A stretch of 64,000 bases of DNA from a virus. The notes under the pieces are model-generated. The model worked only from the letters and a program-made list of their open reading frames with translations, did no database searches and was not told where the DNA came from. Below, in pieces: positions 22,701-27,814 of this stretch (positions are counted from its first letter, which is position 1; every line of letters starts with the position of its first letter). The translations under genes and the position numbers were made by a program. Location: positions 50,725-114,724 of IMG/VR virus record IMGVR_UViG_3300028625_000001. One strand, written 5' to 3'.

Positions 22701-24335
22701 TCATTGTCTTTTACCAACTGGAGGATTAAGTATATAAACATCAGTGGGGACTTAATAACGATCAATAGGAGTACGTCATCCGCTTATAGCTTCAGTATGT
22801 CTCTAGCTCAGTTTATAGTACCAAAAACCGACGTAGTACTCATCATCGAGATCGATTATGGCGGGGTAACATATACTGCCAGACTAATAATCGTTGTCGA
22901 GGACACCAGGTATGGTTGGCTGTCACAATGGACCGGGACAACACTGATCGGTGGAACGTATATCGTAACTCCCACTGCCTTCATGGGAACCGACGCTAAT
23001 AATGGAGTCCTCATAGACGCTAACGGTATTCTTGGAAAGAAGAGCGGGGCAAAAACTTTTGAGCTTACAGATGATGGGGATCTTGATGTCGCTTCAGGTC
23101 GGATAGGAGGATCTTCCGGCTGGTTAATTGAAACTCTTTCAGGAAAAGGAAGAATTTCAAGTACGGGAATAGAGTTAGTCTCCGGTGATGACGCATATAT
23201 TCAGGCCGGTAGTTCGGAGGAGAACTATCGAATGAACGCAAATGGGCTTGAGTATCGGCGGCTTATAAAAGCCAGGATCAATAATATAAAGGCTTATGCT
23301 GAATGTGACGCCTCGGCTTCAGCGATAATAGAAGTTTGGTATCGCTGGACTGAAAATTATTCCGACGCATCGCCCACCTGGTCTGGTTGGCAACACCCGG
23401 ACGACTTGAACTTTTCGGCTTCTTTTACCTGGTATATATCTCCGACAGATCCAATTTACGGCGCCGATATGACAGACTTTGCAATGCAATTTAAGTTTGT
23501 CATATACTCAACTTCTGTATTCAAGGCCAAGCTCCAGAAATGGAATGTATATATTAACGACGAACCAAGCCTAACAGTCGAAATAGACACTATGGAACAA
23601 TTCCAAGCACATGCAGACGCTACAACGAGCGGGATCACTTATAGTAGTGGCGGCTATGTCCAACCAACAAGCTATTCCAGCTCTGGAACTTACGTCACAA
23701 AGGCAAGCTCTATCAGAGAAGAGATCGAACCAGGCACAGATATTTCAAAAGTTCTACACTCTATCCATAAAGGGACAATCTATTTTGATGGAACTAGCGG
23801 AGATATGTCTAAAAGAATCCAACATAACAAGCATATTATGCCAACCCGGTACGACGTAATTTTAAACGAAAGCAACTCCCAAATATGGAAAAGTAGCTTT
23901 AGCACCGGGACTAACTACACCCGAAAGATAGAAGTGACTAAAGCAGAAGATTATTTCGACATCTTGTTTTGTGCTGAAGAAGGAACCACCAGTACAAACA
24001 TTGGGACTATCGGTATGCAATCAAACAACACTTGGTTAATCCTTGCAAACGTAGCTAATTGTTCGAAAATCGAGTTTGATGTTTATCATTGGGGCGGCTT
24101 CCGCATATTTAAAGAACACGTTTCGTACAGTTTTTCATCTCCGTATACAGGAGATATTGGATATAAATACTATGACGGCGTTCTTTACTTAAGTTGGAAC
24201 GGGGACACAACCTCCGAATATCAAATAGAGGGGCTTGTTGGGATGGTTGCTGCCAGAGATATTATTAAATGGACTTCAGGAACGAGATACCCACTCACAG
24301 GGAATTTCAACTACGAAATCCAGGTTTGGCAATAA
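10791..24335 (+). CDS. Giant tail fibre/adhesin-like structural protein, 4514 aa
   Basis: Single 13.5-kb ORF. ATG 10791 is preceded by an AAGGGGGGA SD (the track start 10770 is TTG with no SD). It contains FN3-like modules, about 29 units of 55-61 aa, about 7 units of 28 aa, and Ig-like/collagen-like C-terminal modules. Confidence 0.8.
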   Translation: MNTLDKYVQKHIVKYSGAGPISKGGGASSNLSMSLDTAALAGRIDDIEEQLKLIAASLKNYHTLSITFENIDLPLVDIHVSGGMAVLSGYTEVIPETTITVDTSLWVAGVNKYIVWYNGTIVVADEILEGYKLLAYIIIPEDWDGTVSNSYKDGAAYISIAGPIDELDPYYGEVLILELDAEAGPFFCIVHASWDPLGSPDVSHYILSYTIDGNNWENISTANPAASFEAPHNIQVAAKVQAVFNNGRKTHWSATEIIQTPGDDTIPLPVTGLEVTSQFGIIKAIWDESTDIDFDTFEIQVARDDQFTDPEVTFTTNTSYAFAGEPEATYYIRVRVIDYSSNTSLWSDTIEIETVMGDGNTPAAPTGLTLVPILEDETSYITATWDRNEELDIVSYELAISYDQTNWVDYQTPKTTKTIEVVGGVTLYAKVRALDNEGLVSAWSDIVETTTAHDTEAPNIPVGLTITNSFGIVYFTWTANGEADFSHYIIQISQTDQFSTYDEVIQRTNSYSFSGIPGTTYYVRIKSVDYSGNESDWSSIASTTVTAGDGQPPATPTGLSLTTYLQSYSSYIEATWDENEEVDLLGYQIAWSLDQLKWNILSVNSPEANFSVPGNSTIYVKVKALDVEGLASQWSDAESITSTEDEEAPATPVLLSNIPLYARALIEIEEQEESDFSHFLVSYKDRSFTTSTTNIEIPLDPGESGVSVSIKAVDLSGNESPALAVSASARTLSEAEEEFFELINKVHGGSTNTETIAYITDDLVDHMNITKPTAFDRSGLLKDDVYDTIDRIDNIDYGDLTLPMESVFERIDTDFISVGSSLFEARSKIFDIEIGGEIKNIDEWVGVINTDVSDITTRIDFINYGELTGTIETVLGSVYSNVSAISEKIYDIVIGEITLDIDEWIDQINSDLSGVMTRINAVVYGSLTDTIEDVLAAVHGDISGIETKVFDIEIGEVTHDIDEWMGLLNGDVAGIISRLENVSYNETIDTIETQIAAIALDINGLSSIVYDITIDETTQDVNQWISTLSQRADSIELSISGISQTVGEHTSSISQMSIDISGIEAVVYNITIDTVTQDVDQWVTQIKQEADAITLRLDHVVIDEDDQTLEQHVSQIKLDISGIESVVYDITIDTVTQDINQWVSTLSQRSDSIELSVQGLSQTVGEHSSSLSQLTIDVSGIEGVVYNIQIGEDAQDVDQWISTLSQRADSIELSVSGLSSDVGENSASISQLVIDVSGIEGVVYDITVGEATQNVDQWVSQIKQEADAITLRLDHVVIDEDDLTLEQHVSQIKLDINGIESVVYDIQIGETTQDINQWISTLSQRADSIELNVSGLSQTVSTHTTNISSLQLDVSGIEAIVKDITIGTVTQDVNEWVSQIKQEADAITLRLDNVVVDESTKTVEQHLSQIVLDIDGIEAIVKDITIDEVTQDVDLWISTLSQRADSIELSVQTVSQTVEGHTTTISQLSIDVSGIEGIVYNIEIGEDQYDVDQWISVLSQRADSIELSVTNLSGDVGTNTASIGQLTIDVEGIKTLVYDVTVGDVTHDIDEWLSALSQEDISIKQDLEAAALALRSKIESEFTNAETVLYIVGDPLDHQTDTAPINYDRTTSIFDITYDTFERLNNFEIDGVTGTIEYWASSISQTTQNITLRIDGIVYDGEQKTLEQAFSAIEMNIDGITSTVYDLEIDGTTQNIDQWVSQIKQETDNITFRLDHFVIDQEDMTAEQHVSQLKLSIDGLESVVYSIQVDEITQDVDLWISTLSQRADGIELNVSTLSSTVDGHTSSISSIQLDVGAIELIVKDITVDETTQDADEWISQIKQEADAITLRLDHVIIDEDDQTFEQHISQFRLDIDGITSIVTDITVGEETQDVDQWVSTLSQRADSIELSITGLTSDVGTNTSNISQLLIDVSGIELIVKSHTIGETTQDLDLWVTQIKQEADAITLRLDGIEIDEETKTIEQHLAQIVLDIDGIESIVYNITIGEDQYDVDGWISVLSQRADAIELSVSTLEDNTTTSLSALSIQVGEIEAIVYDIEIGEDTYDVKEWVTLLKQTTNSISLAVEGLETDLGTAESNISQLQISVGSISSIVQNVEIEGVTKNLDVWVSEVKQTAEGILARVDAISYNGEEGTIEEQFAALSLDISGLSSKVYSINIDGNVQDIDEWLATLNTQDETLEESIDDAVDSLRIKINSEFADASTLMYIAGDLQDHQSLLSPISYDRVDSIFDVAYNTLDRLNLFEVNGITDTIEYWVSSINQTANNIELRVDGITYNGETKTLEQAFSAIELDIDGITSTVYNIEIDGTTQDIDQWISQIKQEADNITLRLDHVVIDENDQTLEQHISLLKIDVDGITSIVTDITIDEETYDVNQWVSVLSQRSDAIELSVSTLSGDVASAISQLTIDVSGIEGVVYNITIDETTQNIDEWVSQIKQEADAITLRLDHVVIGEDDQTLEQHVSQIKIDIGGVESIVYDIQIGETTQDVNEWVSQIKQESDAIELRVETAEGTITSHSSSISSLNLSVDGIEAVVYNIAVEEEGDTHDVDEWLALFHIRENAIELSVTNLSTTVSSNTQSISSIEVDVGAIDLRVQTVESTTSTHTTQISDLDIALGTITATVGSIEDTVDGHTSSISQIELDISGITSTVQTISDTVGGHTSQISQINQDIGSIELAVQEVEEDVGTNTSAIAQIELSIDGITTSISTLETTVGGHTSQISQIELDIGTIELSVLSISSTVGQHTIDISAINVSLGEITTIVGTIEEDLDQEGDPLTQTYNYSLFQQLADSIALRVVAVDEFGDPQATELIIEDGLVTIAADQFRVHGDAMINGSVSGDKLKANSVETNKLIVWPDIPIDDETAEYWGTSLLGALGITLPDGMDEVTKENLADLLPPGTILAEYFAVGQKMVVGNKVVIERDLDDYGHMTVFDSDYEIVVKVGENATPDGRDGMFINTGGAFQVGQLVDPNYLRYYNGILTIKGVIEATGGFFDEVVYVGVEEGERILLDGVNKLIRSENYQAGTAGFELNGDGTAEFNNITVRGSVHASEGSIDGVMTIGDIEIGVGVNEGAGTGWFVDENNYWYSNLGFSIGNGTTNKFQYSPEGGLEIVTTKILVDIDENILIDSENKVIAIGTMTGFDTASGNGVFTGMYNSKPSFKVGQNDPDGDLQKGISYYDGVFSFMGAVISMENLDDPTQEALSGYEVMISPAGDSVYNDGTTRTPASINFTATLLRKVDNTLVSSGLAYYWTVETDGGITIPSGALTATATVNTSNMTGPSVIKVKVTYQEKDYYGYASLAYSEKGTGGDDAVIYWLTSSKEKVVYNPNTGQYDGGASSSIVFTAKEAVGQVVQNKTGLYWKVNGVNAEPDANGYQKTVAVSSQTTTTIEIYADFAREQLLDTFTVPVITEGSDSYSIILSNEHQTVESNYDGTSPTPASISTQVKLYKGTTEITSFTVEATGATVDGKTVTVTIPSSSTMAGSQDITVKIDSTIIGVKTLTWSKSPQGEPGIGGEDAQALFLTADAQIFKADQDNTITSGDITLEAFLQNLSGTITWTAKNQSNNDITLTGTGSTRTLTAANFGASDWVKITVSLGGLSDSITIVRVKEGSNAIVGFLTNESHNVPCDSDGSNPDFTGASSILKIFRGNTQETSGWSCSWSLITGTATGQASTTTLTNDTITIQSLSTDVAVYRCTATKSGQSSVVKDFTITKSYAGDPGDPGADATSYYITSTKDKIVYDPGTGQYDGGATTTVTLSGWRKEGTNSPQATSFYWKRGATALGAATSKTITVPTDTSSSFTMTAYIDSSYTYLAASFTVAIVASGEPGDPGGDGVTRYISATKDKVVYDPNTGLYDGSASTTITFTAKKVVGDGSPANETVYWKRGSSALGSGTSKSVVVPTDTNTSFTMYTYADSGYTILLSSFTVSVVTSGASIYALPTASAYHVEYNGSSYSPSSVTITPALKQGTTSLSFTNWRIKYINISGDLITINRSTSSAYSFSMSLAQFIVPKTDVVLIIEIDYGGVTYTARLIIVVEDTRYGWLSQWTGTTLIGGTYIVTPTAFMGTDANNGVLIDANGILGKKSGAKTFELTDDGDLDVASGRIGGSSGWLIETLSGKGRISSTGIELVSGDDAYIQAGSSEENYRMNANGLEYRRLIKARINNIKAYAECDASASAIIEVWYRWTENYSDASPTWSGWQHPDDLNFSASFTWYISPTDPIYGADMTDFAMQFKFVIYSTSVFKAKLQKWNVYINDEPSLTVEIDTMEQFQAHADATTSGITYSSGGYVQPTSYSSSGTYVTKASSIREEIEPGTDISKVLHSIHKGTIYFDGTSGDMSKRIQHNKHIMPTRYDVILNESNSQIWKSSFSTGTNYTRKIEVTKAEDYFDILFCAEEGTTSTNIGTIGMQSNNTWLILANVANCSKIEFDVYHWGGFRIFKEHVSYSFSSPYTGDIGYKYYDGVLYLSWNGDTTSEYQIEGLVGMVAARDIIKWTSGTRYPLTGNFNYEIQVWQ
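11340..12990 (+). repeat. About 6 fibronectin-type-III-like modules within the giant fibre gene
   Basis: Recurrent ~90-aa pattern: P(A/T)xPTGL...(A/F)TWD/WT..(E/D)xD(F/I)xxY.(I/L)....(D/Q)...W...........Y(Y/V)(V/I)(R/K)(V/I)(R/K)(A/S)(V/L)D..GN.S.WS. Confidence 0.6.
13300..18540 (+). repeat. About 29 tandem 55-61-aa units (165-183 bp) in three blocks
   Basis: Two alternating unit types: ..TQDVDQWISTLSQRADSIELSVSGLSxxVGxHTSSISQLxIDVSGIEGVVYDIxIGE and ..TQDVxxWVSQIKQEADAITLRLDHVVIDEDDQTLEQHVSQIKLDIxGIESVVYDIxI. Blocks are separated by homologous ~80-aa linkers at about 12995-13300, 15470-15700 and 17300-17545. Confidence 0.85.
18540..19090 (+). repeat. About 7 tandem 28-aa (84-bp) units
   Basis: Units such as IEDTVDGHTSSISQIELDISGITSTVQT, ISDTVGGHTSQISQINQDIGSIELAVQE and LETTVGGHTSQISQIELDIGTIELSVLS. 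Confidence 0.8.
20700..22590 (+). repeat. Three copies of a ~105-aa module joined by short collagen-like G-x-P-G-D-P-G stretches
   Basis: GGDDAVIYWLTSSKEKVVYNPNTGQYDGGASSSIVFTAK..., GDPGDPGADATSYYITSTKDKIVYDPGTGQYDGGATTTVTLSG... and GEPGDPGGDGVTRYISATKDKVVYDPNTGLYDGSASTTITFTAK... Confidence 0.7.
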
Positions 24336-24345
24336 GGAGGCAGGT

Positions 24346-24570
24346 TTGATACAGAACAATAACATGAACAACCTGAAAGAGGGGGTAAGTTCTGTTTTTC
24401 AGAGTATCGCCGCGGCGAAGAACGCTCTAACCAGTGTCGCTTCGCTTGCGGCACCACTTATAGAACACGCGATAGCGGAACTGGAAAGCAGAATAACCCA
24501 ACTGGAATTAGAAAACCAAAAACTTAGAGAAGAAAACGAAAAGTTGAAAAAAGAGAAAAAACTAGAATAA
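24346..24570 (+). CDS. Small coiled-coil protein, 74 aa
   Basis: AGGAGG at 24335-24340 with an in-frame TTG at 24346 (5-nt spacer); the alternative is ATG 24364. C-terminal heptad-like ELESRITQLELENQKLREENEKLKKEKKLE. Confidence 0.55.
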   Translation: MIQNNNMNNLKEGVSSVFQSIAAAKNALTSVASLAAPLIEHAIAELESRITQLELENQKLREENEKLKKEKKLE

Positions 24571-24613
24571 AAACAACAAGCAACACGCTTTGAAAAGGAG
24601 GCATATTTATTTC

Positions 24614-24952
24614 ATGAACGAAATCTATAGAAACGCTATAGCTAACGCCGGAGCCGCCTTAATAACTCATATCGGGCTTGTTGATGAACTTGGACAAGAA
24701 CTAAGTGGCGGAGAGTATGTAAGACAGCCCGTTGCTTGGAACACGGCAACCGGAGGAGTCATACGTCCAACAGACAACCTAATCTTTCTTATCCCACCGG
24801 GAGTCACTATTGCTGGATGGAGAGGATATTCCGCAATATCCGGCGGGACTAATTATGGTGGCGGCGCCTTATCTTCTCAGACGTTTACAGGCGGCGGGCA
24901 ACTGACTCTTATAGCCGCTAACATGGGAATACTTCATCTAGGCGAGATATAA
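24614..24952 (+). CDS. Hypothetical structural protein, 112 aa
   Basis: AGGAGG at 24596-24601 and ATG at 24614. Lies in the co-directional late-gene array. Confidence 0.55.
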   Translation: MNEIYRNAIANAGAALITHIGLVDELGQELSGGEYVRQPVAWNTATGGVIRPTDNLIFLIPPGVTIAGWRGYSAISGGTNYGGGALSSQTFTGGGQLTLIAANMGILHLGEI

Positions 24953-24967
24953 AGAAGGTGATTAATA

Positions 24968-25396
24968 ATGCGGTTAAAAACAGCAAATAATGCAGGTTCA
25001 ACTTTAATGGCAGCAATCAGCGAATTAGATGTCTCCTTTACGGTGGCTGATGCGTCTTCTTTCCCCGACGTTCCCTTTCGTTGCACAATCCATAAAGGAG
25101 ATCCCGCGCAAGGAGAAATTATTGAAGTAGGAGCTAAAAATGGTAATACATTTTCTTCAATTGATCGAGGTTTAGAAAACACAGTTGCCGCCGCTTGGGA
25201 AATAGGAGACAAGATAGATGTCTTGATTACGGCCGGAATGTGCGAAGAGTTGGTTTCACAAGACGAGATGGAAGCTCATACAGAAGCAGAAAGACCACAT
25301 CAATTGATAGATCAAAGAGATTCAGCCGTTTATAACTATGGACTAAAAATTAACGAAGATGGAGTCTTAACTCTTGTTTTAGAGGAGGTAGTCTAA
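24968..25396 (+). CDS. Hypothetical tail-fibre-associated protein, 142 aa
   Basis: GAAGGTGA SD. The N-terminal pattern (LMAAISELDVSFTVADASSFPDVPF...GEIIEVGAKNGNTFSSIDRGLENT) resembles N-termini I recall from phage fibre proteins. This recognition is weak. Confidence 0.5.
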   Translation: MRLKTANNAGSTLMAAISELDVSFTVADASSFPDVPFRCTIHKGDPAQGEIIEVGAKNGNTFSSIDRGLENTVAAAWEIGDKIDVLITAGMCEELVSQDEMEAHTEAERPHQLIDQRDSAVYNYGLKINEDGVLTLVLEEVV

Positions 25397-25747
25397 ATGC
25401 TCGAAATTCCACTCCCAACAAATGAACAAATAGAGTCGCTTATTAAAATACACGGAATCTCCAGCGCTCCGGTTACTGGAACTAAAACCCTCGTTCCAGG
25501 GGTGGCAACTGAAGTGTTTGCTGGCGCCTCAAAGAAGGCGAATAGAACACTGATGACTATAAAAAACATTAGTAAATATTCTAACCCTTTAAGGCTTAGA
25601 TTAGGTGAGTCAACAGTTTCAGACACAAAGGGTTTTATTATCGAACCTCAAGCAACCTTAGTTTTGTATTTTAACCCAGATGTTGAGACTTCAATTTATG
25701 CAATACCAGAAACTAACGCTCTGTTGATTGAGGTGATCGAGATATGA
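25397..25747 (+). CDS. Hypothetical protein, 116 aa
   Basis: GAGGAGG SD; the start abuts the upstream stop. Confidence 0.6.
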   Translation: MLEIPLPTNEQIESLIKIHGISSAPVTGTKTLVPGVATEVFAGASKKANRTLMTIKNISKYSNPLRLRLGESTVSDTKGFIIEPQATLVLYFNPDVETSIYAIPETNALLIEVIEI

Positions 25748-25965
25748 CTTATAAAATTACAGACTTAGAAGACGGAAGAATAGAAATTGAAATAAGTTTT
25801 TTAGACGAGGATATTGATCTTGTTGGTAAAACGACAATTATTGGCGAAGAAAATGATGCCGAAAAATACCTTCCGTTTTTTGAAAAGGATCTAAGAGTCA
25901 ATTACTCTTATTTATTTCCAACTCCAGAGCCAGAGCTGATATTAGAAGAAGGTGATTTTATATGA
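25744..25965 (+). CDS. Hypothetical protein, 73 aa
   Basis: ATGA overlaps at both ends link it to the neighbouring genes. Confidence 0.55.
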   Translation: MTYKITDLEDGRIEIEISFLDEDIDLVGKTTIIGEENDAEKYLPFFEKDLRVNYSYLFPTPEPELILEEGDFI

Positions 25966-27137
25966 AGTACATCTCCGGCAAATATGTTCAAGGCGAACTC
26001 CTTGAAACCAGCAGGGAGATCGAAGACTGGATAACCGATTACTATGTGGCGAATGGCGCGGTCACCGACGCGACAATAAGAAATGACATGGATAGAAGAA
26101 TTAGAGACGTTTCGTTCGGCAGGAACGCGGTGATGTTTGACAACTCAAACTTTCCGTCGATCATGGTCCGTTTTCCGTTTATGAAGCTGAAAGAAATTGA
26201 TTCTTCGTGGGCTGATTCCCCACATCAGTCATTTATAAAGAACGGAGCTGTGAAGAATGAGTTTTGGGTGGGGAAATATCTCCCGATCGTAAACGGGTCC
26301 GGCGAGTCCGCGCGCGCCGTCTCCTTACGAAGGAGAGATCCGGCAAACAATATCAATTTCGACAACTCAAGACTGGCTTGTACTCAAAAAGGGACTGGCT
26401 GGCACTTGTTGACCAACGCTGAGTGGGCGTTAATTCTCCTTCTCGCTCATAAAAACCAGTTCTTCACTCGTGGAAACAACAGCTACGGGAAGGACTATGT
26501 AAAAACGGGCGAAACTGCCGAGGCAACATATATGAGCGGCGGAACTGTTTATAGAACGGCCACGGGTACGGGGCCGGTGGCATGGTCGCATGACGGAACT
26601 CCGTTCGGTGTCTTCGACCTGAATGGGAATGTCAATAAGTGGGTCGCGGGATTGCGGTTGAATGGCGGAGAGATCCAGATATTTGAGAACAACAACGCTG
26701 CCGACGGGACAAAAAATCATTCCGTTTCTAGCGACCAATGGAAGGCAATTCTCCAAGACGGTTCTCTGGTAGCGCCCGAGACAGAAGGAACATTGAAGAT
26801 GGACGCAACCAACGTAGATGGAAGCGGGAATATCGTCATCGGCACTACTGCCGATAACGTCTCAAACGGAACAACTTACGCGACGACCGCTTTCAAAAAC
26901 ATAGCGGCAAAGGGAGAAACAACCATACCGGCCATCCTGAAGCAGCTCGGTCTATTCCCTCAAAGCGCAAACTATCCGCATGGAACTGGATATATGCGGA
27001 ATCTCGGTGAGCGTTTGCCCTATCGTGGCGGTAACTACAACGGCACGTCCTATGGTGGTTTGTCGAACTTGTATCTCAACTACGACCGCACGAGCGTGCT
27101 TACGATTCTGGGGTTTTCGCTCGCTTGGCAACCGTGA
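25962..27137 (+). CDS. DGR target protein, Mtd-like receptor-binding protein with a C-terminal C-type-lectin/FGE-like fold, 391 aa
   Basis: AGGTGA SD. Motifs GTGWHLLTNAEWALI, GVFDLNGNVNKWVAG and C-terminal YRGGNY....GFSLA are typical of the FGE-sulfatase/CLec fold used by DGR targets. The VR occupies the last ~40 codons. Confidence 0.85.
   Translation: MKYISGKYVQGELLETSREIEDWITDYYVANGAVTDATIRNDMDRRIRDVSFGRNAVMFDNSNFPSIMVRFPFMKLKEIDSSWADSPHQSFIKNGAVKNEFWVGKYLPIVNGSGESARAVSLRRRDPANNINFDNSRLACTQKGTGWHLLTNAEWALILLLAHKNQFFTRGNNSYGKDYVKTGETAEATYMSGGTVYRTATGTGPVAWSHDGTPFGVFDLNGNVNKWVAGLRLNGGEIQIFENNNAADGTKNHSVSSDQWKAILQDGSLVAPETEGTLKMDATNVDGSGNIVIGTTADNVSNGTTYATTAFKNIAAKGETTIPAILKQLGLFPQSANYPHGTGYMRNLGERLPYRGGNYNGTSYGGLSNLYLNYDRTSVLTILGFSLAWQP
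27010..27125 (+). repeat. DGR variable repeat (VR)
   Basis: 116 bp aligning without gaps to 27544-27659. There are 9 mismatches, 8 of them opposite TR adenines. Confidence 0.9.
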
Positions 27138-27213
27138 TCTGTGCTTTGCGCTCTGTAATCTGCAAAAAAACCAAAGGGGGAGGAGCAGCATAGAACTCAA
27201 GATATTACAAAAG

Positions 27214-27522
27214 ATGTATGATCTGATCCTGTATATATACCCCGTACTCGCACAATTCCCGAAATCAGAGAAACATACTCTCGCGGCGGAAATCAAGAAG
27301 ACTTGCTTCGAGATCCTTAAGCTCATCACAAGAGCAAACAAGGAGAAACAGAAGCTCGAACATTTGAGGCAACTCGACGCTAGCCTAGAACTTCTCAGAA
27401 CTCAAGTTAGGTTGAGCGTCGATCTGAAGTTCATACCGACGAAGAAATACGAAGTCATCTCCAGACATCTTGCAGAAGTCGGAAAGATGCTCGGGGGATG
27501 GATAAGGTCATCTAAGTTCTAA
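27214..27522 (+). CDS. avd: DGR accessory variability determinant (Avd-like four-helix-bundle protein), 102 aa from ATG
   Basis: MYDLILYIYPVLAQFPKSEKHTLAAEIKKTCFEILKLITRANKEK... matches the Avd/S23p-like four-helix-bundle pattern. It lies between VR and TR. A possible non-canonical ATA start at 27190 sits 6 nt after GGAGG (27179-27183). Confidence 0.8.
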   Translation: MYDLILYIYPVLAQFPKSEKHTLAAEIKKTCFEILKLITRANKEKQKLEHLRQLDASLELLRTQVRLSVDLKFIPTKKYEVISRHLAEVGKMLGGWIRSSKF

Positions 27523-27543
27523 AGATATGGGAGAGACCCATTT

Positions 27544-27659
27544 AGCGTTTGCCCTATCGTGGCGGTAACTACAACAACACGTCCAATGCTGGTTTGTCGA
27601 ACTTGAATCTCAACAACGACCGCACGAGCGTGAATACGAATCTGGGGTTTTCGCTCGCT
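27544..27659 (+). repeat. DGR template repeat (TR)
   Basis: Non-coding copy of the VR. Read in the VR frame it has 10 AAY codons (RLPYRGGNYNNTSNAGLSNLNLNNDRTSVNTNLGFSLA). Confidence 0.9.
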
Positions 27660-27765
27660 CGTCCAATCCCGAAAAGACAGAAGTTGGAGATTCACGGATC
27701 TCTTTCCAGCGCTTAGAGGAACAAGGGGGTCTCTCCCACGCCAGACGGCGAAAAATCGGACTACT

Positions 27766-27796
27766 CCGCGGCCTATGGCAAAACCATGCGCCGCGG
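27766..27796 (+). promoter_or_regulatory. Stable hairpin in the TR-RT spacer (candidate DGR RNA structural element)
   Basis: CCGCGGC-CT-ATGG-CAAAA-CCAT-GC-GCCGCGG: a 7-bp and a 4-bp stem separated by a 2x2 internal loop, ending 18 nt upstream of the RT start codon at 27815. Confidence 0.5.
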
Positions 27797-27814
27797 TTAT
27801 CTTGAGGTAAAAAG

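Noticed and set aside
11238-23859. ORFs nested in the giant fibre gene (for example 11238-11708, 15528-15977, 21434-21829, all minus strand; 23611-23859, plus strand out of frame)
   Set aside because: These are shadow frames of a repeat-rich gene. Their length comes from repeat periodicity lacking stops, and none has a ribosome-binding site.
26980-27213. The 5' part of track ORF 26980-27522
   Set aside because: It is an out-of-frame reading of the DGR target 3' end and VR. The Avd-like sequence begins only at 27190/27214, after the target stop and a strong SD.
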